This document shows, in pieces, positions 1-8,549 of a stretch of DNA of 64,000 nucleotides. The notes under the pieces are model-generated. The model was not told the DNA's origin. It did no database searches and was given only the letters and a program-made list of their open reading frames with translations. The DNA lies in assembly GCA_947500775.1 (NCBI GenBank), contig CANMTD010000005.1:132676-196675 (forward strand), written 5' to 3'. Each line of letters begins with the position of its first letter. Position 1 is the first letter of the stretch. Origin of the DNA: an uncultured Rhodobacteraceae bacterium (GTDB lineage Bacteria > Pseudomonadota > Alphaproteobacteria > Rhodobacterales > Rhodobacteraceae). The position numbers and the translations under genes were made by a program.

Positions 1-706
1 TCACGCGGCGGCGGTGGATGACATCCAGCATCTTTTCGACCAGCGCGCGCAGCGTGGCGACCTCGGGCCCGCCCAATTCATAGATCCCAGCCGGGGCCTG
101 ACCCAGAACACCCGCCACAGCCGCCTTTGCGACATCATCGACATAGACCGGCTGAAACCGCGTATTGCCCCCCACCAGCGGCAGGAACGGCCCGAACCGC
201 GACATTGACGCGAAGCGGTTGAAAAATTGGTCCTCGGCCCCGAAAATCACCGATGGGCGCAGGATCACCGCGCCGGGGAAATGTTGTAGAACACCCTCTT
301 CGCCCAGACCTTTGGAGGTGGCGTATTTGCTGTCGGCCTCGCTGTCGGCACCGATCGCCGACAGATGCACCAGAGTATCGACACCCGATTGCGCCGCCAG
401 CCGGGCAATCCGTTCGGCGCCTTCGTGCTGGACCGCGTCGAACTTGTTCTTGCCGACCTCGTTCAGCACGCCGACACAGTTCACAACCGCATCCGCGCCC
501 TGCATCACGCTTTGCACCGAGGCATCGTCGCGGATGTTGCAGAACACCGGCTCCACCTGCCCGACAACGCCGTATGGCCGGACATGAAGCGCCTCGTTCG
601 GGCGGCGCACCGCGACCCGCACGCGCCAGCCTTCTTTCGCCATGCGCCGCGCGATATAGCGCCCAACAAACCCCGAACCGCCGTAGATGGTCACAAGCTT
701 GGACAT
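1..706 (-). CDS. NAD(P)H-binding SDR-fold protein, complex I NDUFA9-subunit-like family (C-terminus runs off the left edge of the window)
   Basis: Absent from the ORF track because no stop lies in the window. Hand translation from ATG (complement of 704-706) gives [61 protein letters not shown]..., with a GxxGxxG Rossmann motif and YxxxK (SKYATSK). The frame stays open to position 1. Confidence 0.8.
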   Translation of the reverse strand, partial: MSKLVTIYGGSGFVGRYIARRMAKEGWRVRVAVRRPNEALHVRPYGVVGQVEPVFCNIRDDASVQSVMQGADAVVNCVGVLNEVGKNKFDAVQHEGAERIARLAAQSGVDTLVHLSAIGADSEADSKYATSKGLGEEGVLQHFPGAVILRPSVIFGAEDQFFNRFASMSRFGPFLPLVGGNTRFQPVYVDDVAKAAVAGVLGQAPAGIYELGGPEVATLRALVEKMLDVIHRRRV

Positions 707-805
707 CCTGATGCCTCCATGCCTTCTTTTCCCTGTCTGAATAGCTTTCTGTCCCTCTGCAAACAAGCGGATATCCAAGAAGTGCAGATTCTGTGACAAT
801 CCCCG

Positions 806-833
806 TTGACACCGCCCGCGCCCGGTTATACAT
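806..833 (+). promoter_or_regulatory. Putative sigma70-type promoter for tRNA-Leu
   Basis: Perfect TTGACA at 806-811, then TATACA at 827-832 (15-nt spacer) or ATACAT at 828-833 (16-nt spacer), about 20 nt upstream of the tRNA 5' end. Pattern match only. Confidence 0.4.
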
Positions 834-851
834 CGCGGCTTCACGACACCT

Positions 852-938
852 GCCCAGGTGGCGGAATTGGTAGACGCGCTAGCTTCAGGTGCTAGTATTG
901 GCAACGATGTGGAGGTTCGAGTCCTCTCCTGGGCACCA
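852..938 (+). tRNA. tRNA-Leu (anticodon CAG), class II with long variable arm, encoded CCA
   Basis: Acceptor stem GCCCAGG/CCTGGGC. Anticodon stem CTAGC/GCTAG with loop TTCAGGT (CAG). T arm GGAGG-TTCGAGT-CCTCT. Long variable arm. Discriminator A followed by CCA. Confidence 0.93.
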
Positions 939-1146
939 AATTCCCCTTAGATTTGATAAACACTATCGGCCCCTTGGGGCATTGTGTCCTTTGGTTTTAC
1001 CGACTCGGCGCTGAAACCCGGATCAAATCGCACCAATCAGACAATTCCTTCCCCTGCTGTTGACCGTCACTGCGTCAATCCGCGCCAACCACAGGCTCAA
1101 ACCCCGGCGATGGTTGAGTTCACGCGGCGAAGCACGTATCTGAAAG

Positions 1147-1785
1147 GTGAAATCCGCAGGAAATGAGACTGAATTGGCAAACTATCTTTACAAGAACGAT
1201 CTGCCCGATGGGCTGGATCTGGGCCCTGTCGTGGCGATTGACTGCGAAACCATGGGGCTGAACCCGCATCGTGACCGCCTGTGCGTGGTGCAGATGTCCG
1301 GCGGCGACGGCAATGCCCATCTGGTTCAGGTCGAAAAAGGCCAGACAGAGGCGCCCAACCTGTGCCGGATGCTGGCCGATCCGAATGTGCTGAAGCTGTT
1401 TCATTACGGGCGGTTCGACATTGCCGCGATGGAAAACGCGTTTGGCACGCTGGCCGCCCCCGTTTATTGCACCAAGATCGCGTCGAAACTGATCCGCACC
1501 TATACCGACCGTCACGGGCTGAAAATGCTGCTGCAGGAACTGCTGGGCGTCGATGTGTCGAAGCAACAGCAAAGCTCGGACTGGGGCGCGGATAAGCTGA
1601 CCGATGCGCAGCTGTCCTATGCCGCCTCGGACGTGCTGTATCTGCACCGGCTGCGGGATGAGCTGGACCTGCGTCTGGCCCGCGAAGGGCGCAGCGAACT
1701 GGCGCAGGCCTGTTTCGATTTCCTGCCGACCCGTGCCAAGCTTGATCTGGCCGGCTGGCCCGACATCGACATTTTTTCGCACTGA
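1147..1785 (+). CDS. rnd: Ribonuclease D (short alphaproteobacterial 3'-5' exonuclease form)
   Basis: DEDDy exonuclease motifs are present (VAIDCETMGL, FHYGRFD, YAASDVLYL). Start is uncertain: GTG at 1147 or in-frame TTG at 1174. Confidence 0.85.
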   Translation: MKSAGNETELANYLYKNDLPDGLDLGPVVAIDCETMGLNPHRDRLCVVQMSGGDGNAHLVQVEKGQTEAPNLCRMLADPNVLKLFHYGRFDIAAMENAFGTLAAPVYCTKIASKLIRTYTDRHGLKMLLQELLGVDVSKQQQSSDWGADKLTDAQLSYAASDVLYLHRLRDELDLRLAREGRSELAQACFDFLPTRAKLDLAGWPDIDIFSH

Positions 1786-1789
1786 TCCG

Positions 1790-2761
1790 ATGGGCAACAA
1801 CCACAGCACCTTTCTGGACACCGGGCGCCGCGTCATCACCCGCGAGGCGGAGGCCCTGTCCCAATTGGCCGACAGCCTGAACGGCAGCTTTGCCGAGGCG
1901 GTGGATCTTATCCTGAACGCGCCCGGCCGGGTTATCATCTCGGGCATGGGGAAATCGGGCCATATCGCGCGCAAGATCGCGGCGACGCTGGCCTCGACCG
2001 GGACGCCCGCGCATTTCGTGCATCCGGCCGAGGCCAGCCACGGCGATCTGGGCATGCTGGCGCGGGGCGATGTGGCGCTGGTGCTGTCCAATTCGGGCGA
2101 AACCCCCGAACTGGCCGATATCGTGGCCTATACCCGCCGGTTTTCGATCCCGTTGATCGGGGTGGCAGGGCGCGCAAATTCGACCCTGCTGCGCGAAGCG
2201 GATGTGGCCCTGTTATTGCCCAAAGTGGCCGAGGCCTGCGATACTGGCATCGTCCCCACGACCTCGACCACCATGACGCTGGCGCTGGGCGATGCGCTGG
2301 CCATCGCGCTGATGGAACATCGCAATTTCACCCCCGAACATTTCCGCGAATTCCACCCCGGCGGCAAGCTGGGCGCGCAGCTGTCCAAGGTGCGCGACCT
2401 GATGCACGGGGCGGGTGAACTGCCGGTGGTGCCCACAGGCACCCCGATGAGCGAGGCCCTGCTGGTCATCAGCCAGAAAGGGTTCGGCGTCGTCGGCGTG
2501 GCCAACGCGGATGGCAAACTGCTGGGGATCGTCACCGACGGCGATTTGCGCCGGAACATGCAGGGGTTGCTGGATCTGACCGCCGATCAGGTGATGACGC
2601 AGGACCCGCTGACCATCGCCCCCGACGCATTGGCCGAAAAGGCGCTGGCCGTGATGAATGACCGCAAGGTGACCTGCCTGTTCGTGGTGAACCCCGACGG
2701 CCCGGGCAACGCCGAGGGCATCCTGCACATTCACGACTGCCTGCGCGCCGGGGTGGCCTAG
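1790..2761 (+). CDS. kdsD: Arabinose-5-phosphate isomerase (KpsF/GutQ family; SIS domain plus two CBS domains)
   Basis: Begins MGNNHSTFLDTGRRVITREAEAL. Contains GMGKSGHIARKIAATLASTGTPA (SIS), HPGGKLG and a CBS pair. ATG at 1790 lies 4 nt after the rnd stop; the longer track ORF from 1604 overlaps rnd and was trimmed. Confidence 0.9.
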   Translation: MGNNHSTFLDTGRRVITREAEALSQLADSLNGSFAEAVDLILNAPGRVIISGMGKSGHIARKIAATLASTGTPAHFVHPAEASHGDLGMLARGDVALVLSNSGETPELADIVAYTRRFSIPLIGVAGRANSTLLREADVALLLPKVAEACDTGIVPTTSTTMTLALGDALAIALMEHRNFTPEHFREFHPGGKLGAQLSKVRDLMHGAGELPVVPTGTPMSEALLVISQKGFGVVGVANADGKLLGIVTDGDLRRNMQGLLDLTADQVMTQDPLTIAPDALAEKALAVMNDRKVTCLFVVNPDGPGNAEGILHIHDCLRAGVA

Positions 2762-2766
2762 GGATC

Positions 2767-3375
2767 ATGGTTGCATCCGACAACAGCTATTCACGCTTCA
2801 TCGCGGCGGTAAAAATCGTTCTGCCGCTGGCCGCGCTGGCGCTGTTGTCCACGCTGTTCCTGTTCTCACGTACCATCGACCCGACCCAGGCCATTCCCTA
2901 TTCCAAGGTGGATGTGGATCAGATCGTGCGCGAACAACGGGTCAGCGCCCCGAATTATACCAGCGTCACCAAGGACGGCACTGCCATTGCGGTAACGGCC
3001 CGCACGGCGCGCCCGGATATCACCAACCCCGATCGCGCCGAAGCGACCGACCTGACGGCCCGGCTGGAATTCACCGATGGCACCGATGTGCGCATCACCT
3101 CGGATCAGGGTGAAATAGACACCGGCAAGGGGTTTGCCGTATTGGACGGCGATGTCGTGATCGACACATCGACGGGATATCACATCACCACCGAACGGCT
3201 GACCACCGCGCTGGATCAGACCTCGGTGGTCGCGGACACCACGATCAACGCCGATGGGCCCCTTGGAAAGCTGACCGCAGGCCATATGACGCTGGAAGAA
3301 GACACCGACGCGCCGGGCCAGTATCTTCTGGTTTTCAAGGACCGGGTGAAGCTGATATACGACCCGCAGGAATAA
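2767..3375 (+). CDS. lptC: LPS export system protein LptC
   Basis: 202 aa with a single N-terminal TM helix (IAAVKIVLPLAALALLSTLFLF) and a beta-rich periplasmic domain. It sits in the canonical position between kdsD and lptA. Confidence 0.75.
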   Translation: MVASDNSYSRFIAAVKIVLPLAALALLSTLFLFSRTIDPTQAIPYSKVDVDQIVREQRVSAPNYTSVTKDGTAIAVTARTARPDITNPDRAEATDLTARLEFTDGTDVRITSDQGEIDTGKGFAVLDGDVVIDTSTGYHITTERLTTALDQTSVVADTTINADGPLGKLTAGHMTLEEDTDAPGQYLLVFKDRVKLIYDPQE

Positions 3376-3386
3376 GAGGATAGAAC

Positions 3387-3893
3387 GTGTTTCATTTGCG
3401 GATCGGCCTTGCGGCTGTTGCCTTAGCGATTTTGCCCATTCTTGCCTCTGCGCAGGGCACCCCCGTGGCCTTTGGCGGGCTGCAGCATGACAGCGAACTG
3501 CCGGTCGAGGTGACCGCGGATCAGCTGAACGTCGATCAGGCCGCCGGAACAGCGATCTTCACCGGCGACGTGTTGGTCGGGCAGGGCACGATGCGCCTGT
3601 CGGCCAATCGGGTCAAAGTGGAATACGCCACTGAAAATGGCGAAGTGACAGGCCGGATTTCGGAAATGCAGGCAACCGGCGACGTTGTGCTGGTGAACGG
3701 CGCCGAAGCGGCCGAATCGGAGAAGGCCGTTTACACCATCGACACCGGATCGGTGGTGATGACCGGCAACGTGCTGTTGACCCAGGGCCAGAATGCCCTG
3801 TCGGGTGACCGGCTGGTGATCGATCTGGACACCGGCAAAGGCGTAATGGAAGGCCGGGTGAAAACGATCTTCCAGACCGGCAGCACCGAATGA
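3387..3893 (+). CDS. lptA: LPS transport periplasmic protein LptA (OstA N-terminal-like)
   Basis: Signal peptide ending ILASAQG. OstA-like repeats are present ([39 protein letters not shown]). GTG start; ATGA overlap with lptB. Confidence 0.8.
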   Translation: MFHLRIGLAAVALAILPILASAQGTPVAFGGLQHDSELPVEVTADQLNVDQAAGTAIFTGDVLVGQGTMRLSANRVKVEYATENGEVTGRISEMQATGDVVLVNGAEAAESEKAVYTIDTGSVVMTGNVLLTQGQNALSGDRLVIDLDTGKGVMEGRVKTIFQTGSTE

Positions 3894-4651
3894 CCTCGGC
3901 CCCCGACCTGCGGATCTCTGACGGGGCGCTTGGGCTGAAAATCGTCAACCTGCGCAAAAGCTATAAGCGGCGCCCGATCATCCGCGATGTCAGCCTGGAT
4001 CTTGACCGGGGCGAGGTTGTCGCGCTGTTGGGGCCGAACGGATCGGGTAAGACCACCTGCTTTTATTCCATCGCCGGGCTGATCACCCCCGAAGGCGGCA
4101 ATGTCATCATAGATGGCCGCGATGTGACCAATCTGCCGATGTACCGGCGGGCCAAAATGGGCATCGGCTATCTGCCACAGGAGGTCAGCATTTTTCGCGG
4201 CCTCAGTGTCGAAGACAATATTCTGGCCATCCTCGAAATCTCTGAACCCGACCGCCACAAACGCCGCGAGCTGCTGGAAGAGTTGCTGTCCGAATTTTCG
4301 ATCGGGCACCTGCGCCGCGCACCGGCCCTGTCCCTGTCGGGGGGCGAACGCCGCCGCGTCGAAATCGCCCGCTGCCTGGCCGCCGATCCGAAATATCTGT
4401 TGCTGGACGAACCCTTTGCCGGGGTCGATCCGATTGCGGTCGGCGAAATTCGCAACCTTGTGCACGACCTGAAAAAGCGCGGGATCGGCGTGTTGATCAC
4501 CGACCACAACGTCCGCGAAACCCTTGAGATTGTCGACCGGGCCTACATCCTGCATGATGGCAAGGTGCTGATGAGCGGCACCACAGAGGAAGTCGTCAAG
4601 GATGAAAACGTCCGCCGGGTCTATCTGGGTCAAAGCTTTCGCATCTCGTGA
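3890..4651 (+). CDS. lptB: LPS export ABC transporter ATP-binding protein LptB
   Basis: Walker [10 protein letters not shown], signature [15 protein letters not shown], Walker [12 protein letters not shown]. Conserved position upstream of rpoN. Confidence 0.95.
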   Translation: MTSAPDLRISDGALGLKIVNLRKSYKRRPIIRDVSLDLDRGEVVALLGPNGSGKTTCFYSIAGLITPEGGNVIIDGRDVTNLPMYRRAKMGIGYLPQEVSIFRGLSVEDNILAILEISEPDRHKRRELLEELLSEFSIGHLRRAPALSLSGGERRRVEIARCLAADPKYLLLDEPFAGVDPIAVGEIRNLVHDLKKRGIGVLITDHNVRETLEIVDRAYILHDGKVLMSGTTEEVVKDENVRRVYLGQSFRIS

Positions 4652-4672
4652 TATTCTGCCGCGGGGGGCTTG

Positions 4673-5986
4673 ATGGCACTGAAACCGCGCCTTGATATCC
4701 GTCAGACGCAACGGATTTCCCTGACGCCCGGGCTTGTCCAGACGTTATCGCTGTTGCAACTGTCGACCATCGACCTGATTGCAGAGATCCGGCAGCAGGC
4801 CGCGGAAAACCCGCTGTTGGTCATCAACGACCCCGAGGTCCCCACCGGCTCGGGCCAGCCGCAAACCCTTGAGAACTGGTCCCGCCCCGAATCCCTGACC
4901 GACAGCCTGTGTCGCCAGATCTCGGAAATGCCACTGGGCCGCGATATTGCGGCCCTTGCCAAGCTGCTGACCGGCGATCTGACCGACGATGGGTATCTGG
5001 CCAGCACCACAGCGGAACTTGCCCAGACCTTCGATATTGCGCCCGCGTCGGTTGAGCTGGCCATTGCGGCGCTTCAGGCCTGCGACCCGCCCGGCATCGC
5101 CGCCCGCACCCTTGTCGAAAGCCTGACGCTGCAGCTGATGCGCACAGGCGTCCCCAGGGATGAGGCCGAAACGGTCTGTGCCAATCTGGAACTTCTGATC
5201 GAAGGGCGCTGGGCCAGGGCCGCGCAGAAAACCGGCCTGCCCCGCACCCGGCTGGAACATCTGGCACAGCTGATCAGAACCCTGTCGCCCCGACCCGCCA
5301 GCGGTTTTGGCGACACTGCTGGCCTGTTGATCCCCGAGGTCATGGTAAACCCCGATGGCGCTGGCGGGTTCACGCTGTCGCTGAACCGCGCGTCGGTGCC
5401 GGATGTGGTGTTGGACGCTGAATTAGTCTCGAATCTGGAGCATGACAGCAGCTTAGCCCAGGCCAATCTGCGCCCGGCCGAAAGACTGCTGCGCGCCCTG
5501 CGGTACCGGGGCCAAACCCTGCTGGACGTTGCCACCGCAGTGCTGGCCAAACAACAACTGTTCTTTACAAACGGTCCCGAACATCTGTTGCCGCTGTCGC
5601 GTATTGATCTGGCACAGACATTGGGTCTGCACCCGTCAACCGTTGGCCGTGCAATTGCCGGCAAAGCACTTGGTTTTAACGGCGTGACGATACCTTTCGC
5701 GAATTTGCTGTCCCCGTCGCTGACCAAAGACGACGGAACGGTGGTTTCAACCTTTACCGTTCAACATCGAATCCGACAGCTTGTTGACGCTGAATCACAC
5801 GGGGCGGTGATGAATGATGACGAAATTGCCGCAGTTCTCAGACGAGAAGGCGTTGACATCGCCCGTCGAACTGTCGCCAAATACAGGGGATGCATGAACA
5901 TTCCATCATCGTTCGAACGAAAGCGCCTGCTCGCTTTGCGTACACCCCCTCCCCAAAAGACGGGGATGCAAAGCAACAAGCGGTAA
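4673..5986 (+). CDS. rpoN: RNA polymerase sigma-54 factor RpoN
   Basis: N-terminal region I MALKPRLDIRQTQRISLTPGLVQTLSLLQLS. C-terminal HTH and RpoN box (ARRTVAKYR). TTG at 4670 immediately precedes the ATG at 4673. Confidence 0.95.
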   Translation: MALKPRLDIRQTQRISLTPGLVQTLSLLQLSTIDLIAEIRQQAAENPLLVINDPEVPTGSGQPQTLENWSRPESLTDSLCRQISEMPLGRDIAALAKLLTGDLTDDGYLASTTAELAQTFDIAPASVELAIAALQACDPPGIAARTLVESLTLQLMRTGVPRDEAETVCANLELLIEGRWARAAQKTGLPRTRLEHLAQLIRTLSPRPASGFGDTAGLLIPEVMVNPDGAGGFTLSLNRASVPDVVLDAELVSNLEHDSSLAQANLRPAERLLRALRYRGQTLLDVATAVLAKQQLFFTNGPEHLLPLSRIDLAQTLGLHPSTVGRAIAGKALGFNGVTIPFANLLSPSLTKDDGTVVSTFTVQHRIRQLVDAESHGAVMNDDEIAAVLRREGVDIARRTVAKYRGCMNIPSSFERKRLLALRTPPPQKTGMQSNKR

Positions 5987-6049
5987 GCTTCAGAATTCGC
6001 GCTTTTGCATCAAAGCGCCAATCAAAAAAATCAACCCAGAGGAGTATGT

Positions 6050-6613
6050 ATGCAATATCAAATCAGCGGAAAGCAGATTGACATTGGCGATGCCCTGCAA
6101 TCGCACGTAAAGGATGAACTGGGTGTGGTGGTCGACAAATATGCCGAACGCCCGATCGACGCCCAAGTCATATTCTCACGCAACGCTCATGAATATGTGT
6201 GCGAGGCCACGGTACATCTATCGACAGGGTTGACCGCTCAGGCCCGCGCGCATGCTGTTGAAATTTACGCCGCCTTTGACGGGTGCTGCGACAAGATGGA
6301 AAAGCAACTGCGCCGGTACAAGCGCCGCCTGAAAGACCATCATAGGGAAAGAACACAACCAGTTGAACTGTTGGGCGGTTCCTCGTATATCCTCGCGGGC
6401 ACTGAAGAGGCAGAGGATTCGGAGCCTGAATCGCTTCAGCCGATGATCATCGCAGAGATGGAAACCAATATCCCATCCCTGTCGGTGGGCGAGGCCGTGA
6501 TGCAGATGGAACTGGCAGGCGAGACCCTTCTTGTCTTCCGCAATGAAAAAACAGGAGGCGTCAACGTCGTTCACCGTCGCGAAGATGGAAATATCGGCTG
6601 GATTGACCCGTAA
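6050..6613 (+). CDS. hpf: Ribosome hibernation promoting factor, long form
   Basis: Begins MQYQISGKQIDIGDALQSHVKDEL, with a C-terminal dimerisation domain (PMIIAEMETNIPSLSVGEAVMQMELAGETLLVFRNEKTGGVNVVHRREDGNIGWIDP). AGAGGAG Shine-Dalgarno at 6039-6045. Confidence 0.9.
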   Translation: MQYQISGKQIDIGDALQSHVKDELGVVVDKYAERPIDAQVIFSRNAHEYVCEATVHLSTGLTAQARAHAVEIYAAFDGCCDKMEKQLRRYKRRLKDHHRERTQPVELLGGSSYILAGTEEAEDSEPESLQPMIIAEMETNIPSLSVGEAVMQMELAGETLLVFRNEKTGGVNVVHRREDGNIGWIDP

Positions 6614-6663
6614 CTGAAATGAAACACTGCGTCCGACGACGCTGATCAACCGAAACAAGGTCC

Positions 6664-7128
6664 ATGATACTTTCGAGCATTCTAAAGCCCGAAGCCGTTA
6701 AGGTTTTTGGCACTCTCACAAGTAAAAAGCGGCTGTTCCAGGATCTGGGAGAAATCGCCGCGTCCGCCTATGGCCTGAAAGCCAGCGACGTGATCGATGC
6801 CCTGCAGGAACGCGAAAGCCTTGGACCGACGGGCGTGGGGGCTGGCGTTGCGCTGCCCCACGCGCGTCTTCCGGGGCTGGAATCCGTGTCAGGCGCATTT
6901 TTGCGTCTGGAAAAAGCCTTGGATTTTGATTCCGTCGATCGTCAGCCTGTCGATCTGGTGTTTGCCCTGTTCGCGCCGCTGGATTCCGGCGTGACCCACC
7001 TGAAATCTCTGGCTCTGGTATCGCGCACCCTGCGCGAACCTGCGATCCGCGACAAACTGCGGGCCAATACGGACCCGGCCATCCTGCACGCCGTGCTGAC
7101 CGAGACACTGGCCCATCAGGCCGCCTAG
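6664..7128 (+). CDS. ptsN: PTS IIA-like nitrogen regulatory protein PtsN (EIIA-Ntr)
   Basis: 154 aa with the phosphorylatable His context GVALPHARL. Canonical rpoN-hpf-ptsN order. Confidence 0.9.
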   Translation: MILSSILKPEAVKVFGTLTSKKRLFQDLGEIAASAYGLKASDVIDALQERESLGPTGVGAGVALPHARLPGLESVSGAFLRLEKALDFDSVDRQPVDLVFALFAPLDSGVTHLKSLALVSRTLREPAIRDKLRANTDPAILHAVLTETLAHQAA

Positions 7129-8549
7129 CGCCAGGCGCGATACCCGAAATTCATATAGTCCCGCTGATAGAGGTCGCGCACCGCCGCCTCTATTTCCGCG
7201 TCATAGATCGCCTCTAACGTAACCGGACCCTCGGCGCCCTCATCGGGCAGCGGGATCGGATCGTGCCCGATCTGCCCCGCAAGGATCGCCAGATCGGCCT
7301 GCAGGTTTTCCTGTCGCAGCACCATATCGGGCAAGGTGAAATCGGCCATGCCCTGCAACAGATTGGTCTGCGAGGCCCAGGACGACGCCACCCGAACACT
7401 GGTCTGGCCGTTCAGGTTCAGCTTCAGAAACGCCAGAAAGCTTAGAAACGCGGCGCGGTGTTCAGCGGGGCCATATCGATCATTCGGCCCGTCCTTGGGG
7501 ATGTCCAACTTATGCGCACGCCTGAGCATGTCGCGCAAATCGCTATAGGCGTCCGGCCCTGTCCCCAGAATATACCGGCAAAACGTCGTATGAATGCGCC
7601 AGACCGGGTGGCTGACCACGGTAAAGCTGCGATGGCCGGGATGTTGACGTTTCCACTGGCGCAGCGATTTCTGAGTAAAGCCCCGCCGCAGATCATCGCC
7701 CCCGACCCCGTCCAGCGCGGCAAGCCACGCCTTGACCTGCGGCACGGGCCCCCCCTTGATCGGCATGTACAACGCCCCGGTCCGGGCCGCCGCGACATAG
7801 CCGGGCACAACCGGCCCGCGCCGGGGTTCGAAATTCGGCGTCCGGCTTAGGTTGAACCGGTCCAGCGTCGCCAGCGCCTGCCGCATCTCGTCATAATTCC
7901 TGACTTTCTGTTGCAGCGGTTCGGGGTTCTGCCGTTTCAGGGTTTTCGACACGGATTTCAGCACCGCTTTCATCCCCAGAAACCGGGCCAGACCATTCAT
8001 GACACCGACATCGCCCAGATCGTCGTAGGACAGGTAAAACCCGGTTTGCCCCGACCGTTGAAGCGCGCCCTGAATCCGCAACTGAAAGGCCTGGGTTTCG
8101 TCCAGATACGTCTCGAACTCGGCCAGATCAAAGTCGATCATCGCCGTCTTGCGGCGCTTTTCGTTCATCAGCTTCCACTGATCGGTTTCGCGCGCGATCT
8201 TGAGCGAGACATAGCTTTCCAGCGGGTTGCGGGTCAGAATGATCTTGGCGCAGCGCCGGTCGCCCAACAGATCGTCGATCACCCGTGGATCGTGGCCGTC
8301 AAACAACCGGAACCCCGGCATGCCATCGCTGTTGGATTTCATCGCGGACAGCAGGGAAAACGGATCGGCCTCGCGTGCGGCCAGGGTGACGCCAAACATC
8401 TCGGACGCATTTTTCTTGCCGACGAAATGCGGATTGAACAGTTCCCCGTGGCAGGTGATGCCCGGTATCTCGTTCAGGGTCTCTTGCAGAAAATTCGACC
8501 CGGTGCGCATCCCCGCCACGACGACGAATTGATCAAAATCCACGGCCAT
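7125..8549 (-). CDS. Two-domain sulfotransferase: N-terminal NodH/Stf0-like domain plus a C-terminal divergent sulfotransferase-family-2-like domain
   Basis: N-terminal FVVVAGMRTGSNFLQETLNEIPGITCHGELFN and IILTRNPLESYVSLKIARETDQW parallel the NodH 5'-PSB and 3'-PB motifs. The C-terminal half has LYMPIKGGPVPQVKAWL and FTVVSHPVWRIHTTF, resembling degenerate PKxxGT and RNPxxR motifs. Confidence 0.7.
   Translation of the reverse strand: MAVDFDQFVVVAGMRTGSNFLQETLNEIPGITCHGELFNPHFVGKKNASEMFGVTLAAREADPFSLLSAMKSNSDGMPGFRLFDGHDPRVIDDLLGDRRCAKIILTRNPLESYVSLKIARETDQWKLMNEKRRKTAMIDFDLAEFETYLDETQAFQLRIQGALQRSGQTGFYLSYDDLGDVGVMNGLARFLGMKAVLKSVSKTLKRQNPEPLQQKVRNYDEMRQALATLDRFNLSRTPNFEPRRGPVVPGYVAAARTGALYMPIKGGPVPQVKAWLAALDGVGGDDLRRGFTQKSLRQWKRQHPGHRSFTVVSHPVWRIHTTFCRYILGTGPDAYSDLRDMLRRAHKLDIPKDGPNDRYGPAEHRAAFLSFLAFLKLNLNGQTSVRVASSWASQTNLLQGMADFTLPDMVLRQENLQADLAILAGQIGHDPIPLPDEGAEGPVTLEAIYDAEIEAAVRDLYQRDYMNFGYRAWR

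Noticed and set aside
135-833. 232-aa minus-strand ORF covering the first gene region.
   Set aside because: Its translation is Arg/Gly/Cys-rich nonsense. A different minus-strand frame over 1-706 gives a clean Rossmann-fold NDUFA9-like protein that runs off the window edge and is therefore missing from the ORF track.
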